A stretch of DNA of 64,000 nucleotides from Spirochaetota bacterium (lineage in GTDB: Bacteria > Spirochaetota > B62-G9 > DRHN01). The notes below the pieces were generated by a model. That model was not told the DNA's origin and made no database searches. It saw only the letters and a program-made list of their open reading frames with translations. Positions 1-8,786 of the stretch are shown here, in pieces (the stretch's first letter is position 1; each line of letters begins with the position of its first letter). The translations under genes and the position numbers were made by a program. The stretch is from the NCBI GenBank assembly GCA_016934265.1, contig JAFGTF010000078.1, positions 10,459 through 74,458 on the forward strand. The letters run 5' to 3'.

Positions 1-1
1 C

Positions 2-2314
2 CAGGCGGAGATAAACGAGGAGCATGGCGCTTTCACGATAACCGATACCTCGGAAGAAAAGAGCACGACGGTCAACGGGAAAACGATAGAAACCATCAAA
101 CTTAACTACGGGGACCGCCTTACGTTCGGTCCCGTAACCGCCCTTTTTTATCCGGAAAAGAAAAGAAAGGGGGGCGGCAAGGCGAAGCTTCTGCTCTATG
201 TCGGTGCGGGCGCGCTCGTCATAGTGCTTTCAATCGTCTTCATATTCTTTCTCATGAGCAGGCAGATTCAGTCGGTCGTCACCGGTCGGATCGGAGAGGG
301 GCTTATCGCAGAGAGCGTCGTGGAGGAAGTTCCGACCGGCATTCCCGCTCCTTTGGAAAAACCTTCAGCGGAACGTACGGGGTTACGCCTGTTCGGAGGC
401 GAGAAAGAACCCTCCGGGTACGATCGGCCCAAGGCCGGCCGGTCCGCCCGCACAACGATAGAGCTGCCGGAACCGACGGCCCTGGAAATCTCGAAGCGAA
501 CGGCCGCCGCCGTACCGAGGGGCCTGGGCCGGCTCTTTTTCAGTAAGACGCCGGTTCCTGTCGCAATAACCGTGCCCGCCGGGGTTGAAGCTGCTCCCGA
601 TGAACGGGAGGCCGGCGCTTTGGGCGGATCGGAGATCGGTCCTTCGGCGGCCGGTGAGGGCGTCGAGGCGGAAACCGCTTCCGTCAATATAACGACGACG
701 GTACAGGAGACTGCGGGCGTGTTCGGGAGGGTGCTCTCACCTTTCAGGCGGCTCTTCGGGTCAGGGGAAACACGCGGGCCGGATATTACAGAAACCGGTG
801 ACATCATCGAGACGACTGCTCCCGTCGAGGAGGTGGGACGGGAGTTAGAACCGGTGCAACCCTCTATTGCAGCAAAGCCGCCCGAAACACCAGAAAGCGC
901 GGAGACGGTAGAGATAGGGGATCTCGTCCGTGTTACGGACCCGCTGGCCGTCCTGACCGCCTTGGATATACCTTCGCTCTCTGCGGGGGCTTTCGAAGAG
1001 AAACCGCTCTACGAGGAGGGGGAGGTTAAAAAGCCCGAGTCAACCGTCAGTTTCAGGGACTTACCGCTTTCGGAGATCGATACCGTTAACATTGACGTAG
1101 CATGGAAATACCCGGAAGGTTTTGAAAGGAACGAGCCGATCATCCGTTCCGGTGCGGTTACCAGGCTCGATCGACGGGGACCGTTACACTACCTCTTCGG
1201 AACGAAGAGCGGCGTTCTCTATGCGCTGAACGGTGAAACCGGAGAGGAGGCGTTCGTCGAGGACCTCGGAAAGCCGTTTTACGATCCGCTTGTAGAATCT
1301 TTCGACGAGGATCCGATAAAGGAAATCCTCATCGTCTTCGAAGACGGCGATATCTCGATCTTTTCCGCACGGCTCGAGCGCTTGTGGCATTACGACGGTT
1401 CGGACCGCATAACCGCGATGCCGGCTCTCGTAGACAGCAACGGCGACGGGACGAAGGACGTCATATTCCCTACGTTGAACATGGACATCATCGCCCTTGA
1501 CGGTAGAAGCGGTTTCGAGCTCTGGCGCTTCTATGATTCGGAGAGCGAGATCATACACTCCCCGGTGGCGCTCGACGCCAACGGCGATTCAGTCGAGGAC
1601 CTGCTCGTCAGCACGGAGCTGGGGTACATATACATGCTCGACGGCGGCACCGGCTGGTCGCTCTGGAAGAACCCGGTACACGGAAGGCCGGCGGGGTCTC
1701 CCGCGCTCGCTGATCTCGACGGCGACGGACAGCGTGAGATAGTGGTCCTGACGAAAGACGGCAATCTCGAAAGCTTCTCTTTGGACGGAAAGCTCCTGTT
1801 CGCCTATGAGATCGAAGGCGGTTTCAGCAATTCGCCTTCTTTGGGGGATACTGACGGGGACGGGTTGAACGAGATCGTAATCACCGACGATACCGGCGTC
1901 GTCCATGTTATAGAGGGGAAGACGAGGGCCGAAAAATGGACGTTTGAATCGGAGGAAGGTCCTGTGCTCGGCAGGACGGTCCTGTGTGACCTCGACGGGG
2001 ATAGGGGAACGGAAGTCGTATTTTGCACCTATTCCGGTACGCTTTTCGTGCTGGACGGCAGGACGGGCTCTCAGATCGCATCTTTCAACAGCAAAAGCCA
2101 TCTGATGTCTACTCCGATCGCGGTCGACATGAACAGGGACAGAACCATTGAAATACTATGCGGGACCTACGGCGGCGAGGTGTTCGCACTCAACGTTTCC
2201 GATATACGAAGAAAGCTCCTTGTTCTGAAACGCTCGGCCTGGGGCACGAGAAACCATGATTACAGTAACACGGGATACGCGGGATCCTATTTCTTGAAAA
2301 ATCCCTGGATGTGA
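2..2314 (+). CDS. FHA-domain / transmembrane / PQQ-like (DxDGDG) beta-propeller repeat protein; 5-prime partial, the ORF is open to the window edge
   Basis: In-frame translation from position 2 gives ...NGKTIETIKLNYGDRLTFG (FHA signature), then a hydrophobic TM segment (LLLYVGAGALVIVLSIVFIFFLM), then repeated DLDGDG / DTDGDG / NGDG propeller-type motifs. No stop codon lies upstream of the track's Met at 224. Confidence 0.6.
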   Translation, partial: QAEINEEHGAFTITDTSEEKSTTVNGKTIETIKLNYGDRLTFGPVTALFYPEKKRKGGGKAKLLLYVGAGALVIVLSIVFIFFLMSRQIQSVVTGRIGEGLIAESVVEEVPTGIPAPLEKPSAERTGLRLFGGEKEPSGYDRPKAGRSARTTIELPEPTALEISKRTAAAVPRGLGRLFFSKTPVPVAITVPAGVEAAPDEREAGALGGSEIGPSAAGEGVEAETASVNITTTVQETAGVFGRVLSPFRRLFGSGETRGPDITETGDIIETTAPVEEVGRELEPVQPSIAAKPPETPESAETVEIGDLVRVTDPLAVLTALDIPSLSAGAFEEKPLYEEGEVKKPESTVSFRDLPLSEIDTVNIDVAWKYPEGFERNEPIIRSGAVTRLDRRGPLHYLFGTKSGVLYALNGETGEEAFVEDLGKPFYDPLVESFDEDPIKEILIVFEDGDISIFSARLERLWHYDGSDRITAMPALVDSNGDGTKDVIFPTLNMDIIALDGRSGFELWRFYDSESEIIHSPVALDANGDSVEDLLVSTELGYIYMLDGGTGWSLWKNPVHGRPAGSPALADLDGDGQREIVVLTKDGNLESFSLDGKLLFAYEIEGGFSNSPSLGDTDGDGLNEIVITDDTGVVHVIEGKTRAEKWTFESEEGPVLGRTVLCDLDGDRGTEVVFCTYSGTLFVLDGRTGSQIASFNSKSHLMSTPIAVDMNRDRTIEILCGTYGGEVFALNVSDIRRKLLVLKRSAWGTRNHDYSNTGYAGSYFLKNPWM

Positions 2315-2318
2315 AACT

Positions 2319-4775
2319 ATGAGAATACGTCTTGTACCGCTTATAGCCATACTACTTTTTGTTTTTTCACTGTTTCTTTTCAAGGCCCAGAACCTAGAAG
2401 GGGCGAAGAACGCGTCGCCGACCGCAGGGAAAGATGCCGAGCAGCCTGCGGAAGAAACCGCGCCCGAAGAGGTGGAGATACCGGAACCAGAACCGCAGGT
2501 CGTCAAGGAAAAGATTACGGAGGGTGAAATATCCGGAAGGCTCATCGACGAGCTCGGCGGTCCGGTGGGCGGGGTGACGGTTACCGCGGTCGATAAAAAC
2601 GGTCACGTAGTCTCCGAGACGACGACCGACGAAGAGGGAATTTACCGGTTCGAAGGCATCACCGAAGGCGAATATACGATTTCGGTGCGCTACAGCGGGA
2701 TCTCCGCTCCGCTGGAGATCCGGTTCGGCGATAAAAAAGAGCGGGCGCCCATACCCACCGGTCTGCGGGTATCGGAGGCGTACGAAAATATCCCCGGGAA
2801 AAGCTTCATCAGGGCGACGTGGAACAAAATGCCCGATGTACTGTCATATAAGGCCGAAGTGTATAAAAAGGGGGACAGGGAACCGGTCGCCCGGTACGAG
2901 GACCTGCTGCACACGACGTTCGAGTTCGGCAACCTCGAGGAAGACACCGACTATCAGGTGAGGATTTTCTCCAAGAACGAGAAAGGTTTTTCCACCTCGT
3001 ACGCGCTCGGGAACCTGCACACAGCGAACAAACCGCCGTTCGCACCGTTCGGCGTCGGGGCGGTGTACGCGAAGAACCACCGTCTCGACCTTATTTGGAG
3101 CAGGGTGAAAAGCGATATCCCGAAAGGGTACATCATCTCTCTGAGAAGCGGAAGCGCTCCATGGCGCTACTACAGCCCGAGCGGTCTCGTTGCCGACTCG
3201 GCCGATGCGTTCGTCGTAGAGGATAAAGAGGAAAGTAAAAACGGTTTTTCAATCACCGGAAACGGCAGCGACGGAAGGCCGCTGGTACAAAACGGCGTAC
3301 CATACGGCGTGAGGATTTATGCGGTAGACGATGCCGGTTCTCTGAGCCCGGCCTCCACCCCTGTATACGGAATCGTGCTCGAAGACACCGTACCGCCTTT
3401 CGTCCCCACGAATATCAAATACGAGTTCGTTTCAGGGGACCGTTTGAGGATCTCCTGGGAGACGAAAGACACCGATATATCCAGATACAGGGTATACTAC
3501 GGGCTCACGCCCGGACGGTACGACGGTATCGTCTATACGGATCTCTCCTTCTACGAGCTCATCGTGGACCGTGAGAAGCTTCAAGACAAGGGGCTGTACG
3601 TCGCAGTGACCGCCATAGACAGGGCGGGAAACGAGAGCGTGTACAGGCAGGTGGAGGAGCGCGCCTCGGTGAAAGGAGGCGAAACGGTCTCCCGCGACCT
3701 CGTCTTGTCCTACTCGGGGGTGACAAAGGACCTCTCGCCTGCGATACAACAACCTCCGAAGAAGATCGAAGAGAAGCCGAAGCCGAAGAAGACCGTCCCC
3801 ACGGTTCGAAAACCCACCGAGTACGGGCTCTCTTACCTGGCAAGCAAGGGATTCGTGGTCGAGGGCAAGGAGACCGCGACGCTCAGCGGAAAGATTTTGC
3901 TGCCGGAAGACACTATTATCAGGGTCCTTTCGGGGGGGACGCTCGTGGTAAAGGGAGCCGAGCTATCGGCCGAGAAGTCCATATGGGGAGGTATACGGTT
4001 TGCGGGCGGGTCGAACGGTTCGGTTATCGACGTTACCGTCCGTGATGCGCTCACCGGGATCGCCGTTACCGACAATACGGCCGGCGTCACGCTGAGGGGT
4101 CTGACGGTGGAGGGTTGCATCGAGCATGGAATATACATAAAGAACAGCACTATAGAGATGACTTCGCTCACCGTACGGAAGAATAAAACGGGAATATTCA
4201 TAGAGGACTCGGACGTACGAATCACCGGCTCACAGATAGAGGAAAACGAGAAGGGGGTTTTGGCGTACAACTACCGCTCCCGTATCGATACTACGCGTTT
4301 CATCGGTAACAGCGTGTACGGGCTGCGGCTGTACGGCGGCGGCGACGTTACAGGGTGTACATTCAGGAACAACTATGTGGGGGCAGCGTTCGATCCCGGA
4401 AGGGGAGCAGCCCGGCTTTTGGACAGCAGGGTCGAAAAGAACCGTATCGACGGTGTAGTGGCGAGCTCTTCCGAGCTCTTGATTCAACGGACGGCCGTTT
4501 CCGGTAACGGCAGGAACGGCGTGTATGTAAAGAATCGGGAAAACCCGGTAATCACGGAAAGCGACATAACGAACAATAAACGGTATGGGGTCACAGGCGG
4601 CGGGAGGGTTTCACGCTGCTATGTAGCCTATAATAACGGCAGTATCTACGTGGATGATACGCAAAAGAAGGGCAGGCCTGACGACGTCACGTCTTCCTCC
4701 TCTTCCGGTATCGTAAAGCAGATTTCCGGCGTCGACTATATCGGAGACCTCACAGGGTCTTCCGTTTTACAATAG
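2319..4775 (+). CDS. Secreted/surface protein with carboxypeptidase-regulatory-like domain, Fn3-like repeats and C-terminal right-handed parallel beta-helix (PbH1/NosD-like) repeats
   Basis: N-terminal signal/TM segment MRIRLVPLIAILLFVFSLFLF. The GRLIDELGGPVGGVTVTAVDKNGHVV..EGIYRFEGITEGEYTISV motif matches CarbopepD_reg. Repeated ~100-aa Fn3-like modules follow, then recurring NxxxGxxLxG..V..N / I.NN.RYGV repeats typical of beta-helix proteins. Confidence 0.55.
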   Translation: MRIRLVPLIAILLFVFSLFLFKAQNLEGAKNASPTAGKDAEQPAEETAPEEVEIPEPEPQVVKEKITEGEISGRLIDELGGPVGGVTVTAVDKNGHVVSETTTDEEGIYRFEGITEGEYTISVRYSGISAPLEIRFGDKKERAPIPTGLRVSEAYENIPGKSFIRATWNKMPDVLSYKAEVYKKGDREPVARYEDLLHTTFEFGNLEEDTDYQVRIFSKNEKGFSTSYALGNLHTANKPPFAPFGVGAVYAKNHRLDLIWSRVKSDIPKGYIISLRSGSAPWRYYSPSGLVADSADAFVVEDKEESKNGFSITGNGSDGRPLVQNGVPYGVRIYAVDDAGSLSPASTPVYGIVLEDTVPPFVPTNIKYEFVSGDRLRISWETKDTDISRYRVYYGLTPGRYDGIVYTDLSFYELIVDREKLQDKGLYVAVTAIDRAGNESVYRQVEERASVKGGETVSRDLVLSYSGVTKDLSPAIQQPPKKIEEKPKPKKTVPTVRKPTEYGLSYLASKGFVVEGKETATLSGKILLPEDTIIRVLSGGTLVVKGAELSAEKSIWGGIRFAGGSNGSVIDVTVRDALTGIAVTDNTAGVTLRGLTVEGCIEHGIYIKNSTIEMTSLTVRKNKTGIFIEDSDVRITGSQIEENEKGVLAYNYRSRIDTTRFIGNSVYGLRLYGGGDVTGCTFRNNYVGAAFDPGRGAARLLDSRVEKNRIDGVVASSSELLIQRTAVSGNGRNGVYVKNRENPVITESDITNNKRYGVTGGGRVSRCYVAYNNGSIYVDDTQKKGRPDDVTSSSSSGIVKQISGVDYIGDLTGSSVLQ

Positions 4776-4787
4776 AGCAGGGATCAC

Positions 4788-6557
4788 ATGGATACAACGA
4801 AGCAGATGCAGTTTCTCGTGGGAAGCATACGCGAAGCGAAAAAAAAGATCGTGCTCGGGGCAATTGCGGCATCGGTGCTTTCGGTGCTGCTGTTCGTCGT
4901 GGGGTCCTACTATCTTCTTTTTCGCGTATTCGAGAGCATGACACGGGATTATTATGCCTCCCTTTTACGCGGCATCTCTTCCTTTCAGACCGATCTCATC
5001 GGCAAGGAGAACACGAGCGGCGATCTCAAACGTATCGCCTCGGAGTTGTCGTCGTACCGTGGGGTAAACGAGGTCTGGTTTGCCGACCGCTTCGGAAGGC
5101 TCATATTCGCGACGGATCGCGAGCTTTTTTCCCAATTCGAGAACAGGAGGCTTCCGTCGGAGTATTTCGAGAGCGTGCAGCATGTATGGCGTTTCGAAAA
5201 CGGCAGGCCGGTGCCGAAAATCGTGCCCGTTACGAAACTGCTGGGACAGAGATTTTCGATTCCGATTTATCCGTTCCGGACCGAGGGTTATGATTTCGTA
5301 ATGGGAATCGACGTCAACCGGTTCGTGTATCTCCCGGATAACTACCTCTTCATATTACTGTCCGCAGGATATTTCGTGGTATTCTCCGCGCTATTATTCT
5401 TTCCCCTGTTCTTCTGGGTGTCGAACAGGCTCGCAAGCATCGCCATGCGAATACCGATGATCGTCGGCTCGCAGGCTCCCGGTATTCGTGCTGCCGAGCA
5501 AAAACAAGAAAGGCCGTACGGGGTTCGCGAAGAGGAACCGGCTCCCGCAGGGTCCGAAGAGGAGGCCGAAAAGGCGGGATCGAATGAAACGGAGTCGGCC
5601 GGAGGTGTAGCCGGTAACGAGCCCGCGCCAGGAACCGGGAGCAATAAAAGACGGCGGCCTGAGAGAGTGTCCCCTGAGAAAGAGAGGGGGAAAGAGGAAA
5701 AAAAGACGCCTTTGGACGGTACATCCAAGGAGGGATCCTCCAAGGAAGGGGCATCCGCTGAGGTGGAGGCTGAAGCGGGGGAGACCGCCTTTGACACGGC
5801 CGCCGGCACACAAGACCTCGGCGAGGCGACAGCCTCGGCCGTGGCTCTTGCCTCCTTTGTAGAAAGAAAGAAGGCGTTGTTCATGCACGAAGACATCCAG
5901 CTGCCATTTATCAACGCGAGCTGCTACGTACATAACTCTTCCGGTGTGGACGGCTCCTATCTCTACAAGCACAAAACGGGCGAAAAGGTGTATTTCATCT
6001 CGTTTCTTCTTCCCTACGGGAGTGCGGAGGATGCACTGGCCGGTCTGAACGGCCTTCTGAACATATTCAACGAAGGGGTGGAGAAGGCGGGGCATGTGCG
6101 GGACTTTTCAAAAGGCCTCAACGAGTTCTGCCTCGAAAACGGTATGAAGCTGAACCTGTCGGTATTAGCCGTCGAAACGGGTGAGAAGAGTGTCCGCTAC
6201 AGCGCATTCGGTAGCGGGCGTGCCTTTTATTTGAAGAGCGGAAAAGACGAGCCGAAGGAGCTCGTGCTCGACCTGCCGGAACTGGGCGAGGTCGACGAAG
6301 ATGCGTTCAGCGAACATCCCACATTCGCCGATATCAGGTTTCAGCAAAACGATCTTTTTTTCATGTTGCCACAGGATATATTCCAGCCCGGCGGCGGCGG
6401 GGAAGCCGGGCCAGACGGTCCGGGGGCGCGTTTATCCGGTACGATGCGAGAGATGGGAGAAAAGAGCGCATTCGAGTGCAGTATGAGCATAGGACGCACG
6501 CTTCACGAAATATCAGGCTCCAGGCAGACAGGACTCGTAACGGTCAAATTCTTATGA
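4788..6557 (+). CDS. Membrane sensor-like protein: two TM segments around a ~150-aa extracytoplasmic domain, an E/K/S-rich disordered linker and a C-terminal globular domain (possibly a degenerate SpoIIE/PP2C-like domain)
   Basis: Hydrophobic segments at aa ~20-45 and ~185-210, a low-complexity acidic/Lys-rich linker, and a conserved-looking C-terminal domain. No confident family assignment can be made by eye. Confidence 0.4.
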   Translation: MDTTKQMQFLVGSIREAKKKIVLGAIAASVLSVLLFVVGSYYLLFRVFESMTRDYYASLLRGISSFQTDLIGKENTSGDLKRIASELSSYRGVNEVWFADRFGRLIFATDRELFSQFENRRLPSEYFESVQHVWRFENGRPVPKIVPVTKLLGQRFSIPIYPFRTEGYDFVMGIDVNRFVYLPDNYLFILLSAGYFVVFSALLFFPLFFWVSNRLASIAMRIPMIVGSQAPGIRAAEQKQERPYGVREEEPAPAGSEEEAEKAGSNETESAGGVAGNEPAPGTGSNKRRRPERVSPEKERGKEEKKTPLDGTSKEGSSKEGASAEVEAEAGETAFDTAAGTQDLGEATASAVALASFVERKKALFMHEDIQLPFINASCYVHNSSGVDGSYLYKHKTGEKVYFISFLLPYGSAEDALAGLNGLLNIFNEGVEKAGHVRDFSKGLNEFCLENGMKLNLSVLAVETGEKSVRYSAFGSGRAFYLKSGKDEPKELVLDLPELGEVDEDAFSEHPTFADIRFQQNDLFFMLPQDIFQPGGGGEAGPDGPGARLSGTMREMGEKSAFECSMSIGRTLHEISGSRQTGLVTVKFL

Positions 6558-6565
6558 TTTTGCTT

Positions 6566-6600
6566 GACAGTTGCTGACGATATTATTACAATTTTAATGC
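6566..6600 (+). promoter_or_regulatory. Sigma70-like promoter for the rimP-nusA-infB operon
   Basis: TTGACA, then a 17-bp spacer (gttgctgacgatattat), then TACAAT, lying between the upstream gene stop (6557) and the rimP start. Confidence 0.5.
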
Positions 6601-6629
6601 TCGGGTAAAGAGGATGGCTTGTTCCTGCA

Positions 6630-6656
6630 AGAGTCGCGTGGCCGACTCTTTTTTTA
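6630..6656 (+). terminator. Intrinsic-terminator-like hairpin plus T7 run in the rimP leader (candidate attenuator)
   Basis: AGAGTCG-cgtggc-CGACTCT is a perfect 7-bp stem, immediately followed by TTTTTTT. It lies downstream of the promoter and upstream of the rimP start. Confidence 0.45.
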
Positions 6657-6701
6657 TTGTGGTTCTTGCGCAAGGCAAATTTTCATTCCAGACCGAATGC
6701 C

Positions 6702-7184
6702 ATGGCTGAAGATATACATGAGAACCTCCAAGAGGTACTCTTCGATGAAGTCTCACGGATCGCCGAGCCGCTTCGGATAACGGTGGTGGAATGCGCCGTC
6801 AAGAGGGGTAAGAACGGGATCACCCTAACCGTCGTGATCGACATGCCCGGCGGGGTCAGGATCTCTGACTGTGAGAAGATCTCGCGCATGTTTGCGTCGA
6901 GGATCGATGTACTGGGGTTAGGCGGGCTCGAGAACTACAGTCTCCAGGTGACCTCGCCGGGTATTGGGAGGGAGCTCAAGAGCAGGAGAGAATACGAAAT
7001 ATTCAGAGGAAAAAAAGTGAGGGTAACGCTGCTGCATCCTCTTGACAAGACGAATACCAAGAGGGATATTGTTGTCAGGGGGGAGTTGCTCGGCATTGAA
7101 GGCGAAACCGTGTCCATAGCGGGAGAGGAGGGGGTGCTCTCGATCCCGTTTTCGTCCATTAAGCGGACGAAATTGGACGGATGA
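6702..7184 (+). CDS. rimP: Ribosome maturation factor RimP
   Basis: LQVTSPGIGRELK matches the RimP signature (SPG..RPL); size ~160 aa; conserved position upstream of nusA. The track ORF begins with TTG at 6657, but the ATG at 6702 gives a typical length. Confidence 0.8.
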   Translation: MAEDIHENLQEVLFDEVSRIAEPLRITVVECAVKRGKNGITLTVVIDMPGGVRISDCEKISRMFASRIDVLGLGGLENYSLQVTSPGIGRELKSRREYEIFRGKKVRVTLLHPLDKTNTKRDIVVRGELLGIEGETVSIAGEEGVLSIPFSSIKRTKLDG

Positions 7185-7197
7185 TTTGGAGGATACA

Positions 7198-8697
7198 ATG
7201 GCAAACGAGTTTGCCGGTGCGGTAAAACAGCTCGTTGCTGATAAAGGCATTTCCGAGGATCTGATACTGAAGACCATCGAGATGGCGCTGGTCGCTGCAT
7301 ACAAGAAGAAGTTCGGTACCGCGTCGAACGCGGAAACGGTAATCGACGAGGAGAATCATCTCGTCAAGATATATTCCAAGAAGGAAATCGTCGAGAAGGT
7401 GGAAGATCCCGTGTTCGAGATCAGTCTCGAAGAGGCCAAGAGACTGGTGGCGGGCGCCGAGCTCAAGGACGAGCTGCTCATCGAGGTCAAACCGGAGGAT
7501 TTCGGAAGGATAGCGGCGCAGACTGCGAAGCAGGTGGTCCGGCAGAGGCTCAAGGAGATTGAGAAGGACGTCGTGTACAACGAGTTCAAGCAGCGCGAGG
7601 GAGAAATGATCGTCGGATATTTCCAGCGCGAAAGAAACGGCACCATCTTTGTAAACCTAGGCAAGACCGAGGGTATAATGCCGAGATCGCAGCAGTCCCC
7701 GAGGGAACACTACAGGGTCGGGGACAGGATAAAGGCGCTCCTGCTGGAGGTGAGAAAGGACACGAAAGGGCCGCAGATCGTATTGTCCAGGGCCCATCCG
7801 GGCTTCGTCAAGAAGATATTCGAGCTCGAGGTGCCGGAAATCGCGGACGGCACGATAACGATTGAGAACATTGTTCGGGACCCCGGCTACAGAACCAAGG
7901 TTGCCGTCCACTCTCCGCGGGACGAGATCGATCCCGTAGGAGCCTGTGTCGGTCTGAAGGGTGTCCGTATCCAGGCGATCGTCGGAGAGCTCGAAGGCGA
8001 AAAGATTGACATATTGAAGTGGGACCCCGACATCAAACGCTACATCAGCAATGCGATGAATCCGGTCAAGATTTCGAGAATATTCCTTGTCGACGAGAGT
8101 ACGAAGGAGGCGATCATCGTGGTTTCCGAGTCGCAGCTCTCTATCGCGATCGGGCGGCAGGGACAGAATATCCGGCTCGTATCGAAGCTTGTCGGCTGGA
8201 AGCTCGATGTGATTACCGAGAAAGAGTTCGAGCAGTCCGAGTATGCCGAGTACGCGAGGAAGGCGGCGGACGAGCTGTTCGGCGGGGAAGAAAGCGAGGT
8301 CGTCACGCTTCGGGATATTCCGGGTCTCAAGGCCGAAACGGTCGATATTCTCGAGGGCGCGGGTATGCAGGAGATAGAGGACGTCATCAGCATGAAGCAG
8401 GAGGATCTCGTCGAGCTTGAGGGAATGACGAAAGAAATGGCCCAGGAATTTTTACACACAATTTCCGAGAACATCGAGATAGTCGAAGAGGAGATGATCA
8501 AATCCGATGAGTCTGTGACGGAATCGTCCGAAGACGAAGAAGAGAAGTATTATGAGTGCCCGAACTGCGGGGCCCGTATAGACGAGAGCATGCAGCAGTG
8601 TGCCTCGTGTGGGGTCGAGCTCGTATTCCAGGAGGAAGAAGAGGAGGGTGAGGAAAAGGAAAACGCTATGGAAGAGGGGGACGAACAAGAGGAGTAG
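7198..8697 (+). CDS. nusA: Transcription termination/antitermination factor NusA with an unusual C-terminal acidic tail and CxxC-x14-CxxC zinc-ribbon-like motif
   Basis: S1 domain (GEMIVGYFQRERNGTIFVNLGKTEGIMP), KH domains, and the rimP-nusA-infB context. GGAGG RBS at 7188-7192 followed by ATG at 7198. C-terminus contains YYECPNCGARIDESMQQCASCG followed by an E-rich tail. Confidence 0.9.
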   Translation: MANEFAGAVKQLVADKGISEDLILKTIEMALVAAYKKKFGTASNAETVIDEENHLVKIYSKKEIVEKVEDPVFEISLEEAKRLVAGAELKDELLIEVKPEDFGRIAAQTAKQVVRQRLKEIEKDVVYNEFKQREGEMIVGYFQRERNGTIFVNLGKTEGIMPRSQQSPREHYRVGDRIKALLLEVRKDTKGPQIVLSRAHPGFVKKIFELEVPEIADGTITIENIVRDPGYRTKVAVHSPRDEIDPVGACVGLKGVRIQAIVGELEGEKIDILKWDPDIKRYISNAMNPVKISRIFLVDESTKEAIIVVSESQLSIAIGRQGQNIRLVSKLVGWKLDVITEKEFEQSEYAEYARKAADELFGGEESEVVTLRDIPGLKAETVDILEGAGMQEIEDVISMKQEDLVELEGMTKEMAQEFLHTISENIEIVEEEMIKSDESVTESSEDEEEKYYECPNCGARIDESMQQCASCGVELVFQEEEEEGEEKENAMEEGDEQEE

Positions 8698-8786
8698 ACT
8701 CTTTTATTCCGGTTTTTCGGAATGTACGGCGGGGACGTGATGAAGGGCGATAGCATAGACAGTCAAGCGACAGTGCGGGGTAGTGT

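Noticed and set aside
268-807. Antisense ORFs overlapping well-supported genes. Examples: 268..807(-), 9093..9947(-), 12447..13565(-), 16367..17281(-), 22446..23825(+), 34372..35892(-), 39190..40041(-), 29187..30311(-).
   Set aside because: Each lies opposite or out of frame within a gene with strong family-level similarity. The translations are Arg/Pro/Gly-rich low-complexity sequence typical of open antisense frames in GC-rich DNA. No motifs were recognised.
4788-6557. Calling the C-terminal domain of the membrane sensor a PP2C/SpoIIE phosphatase.
   Set aside because: I could not find the conserved metal-binding Asp/Gly motifs (for example DVSGHG) by eye. It is kept only as a possibility in the feature description.
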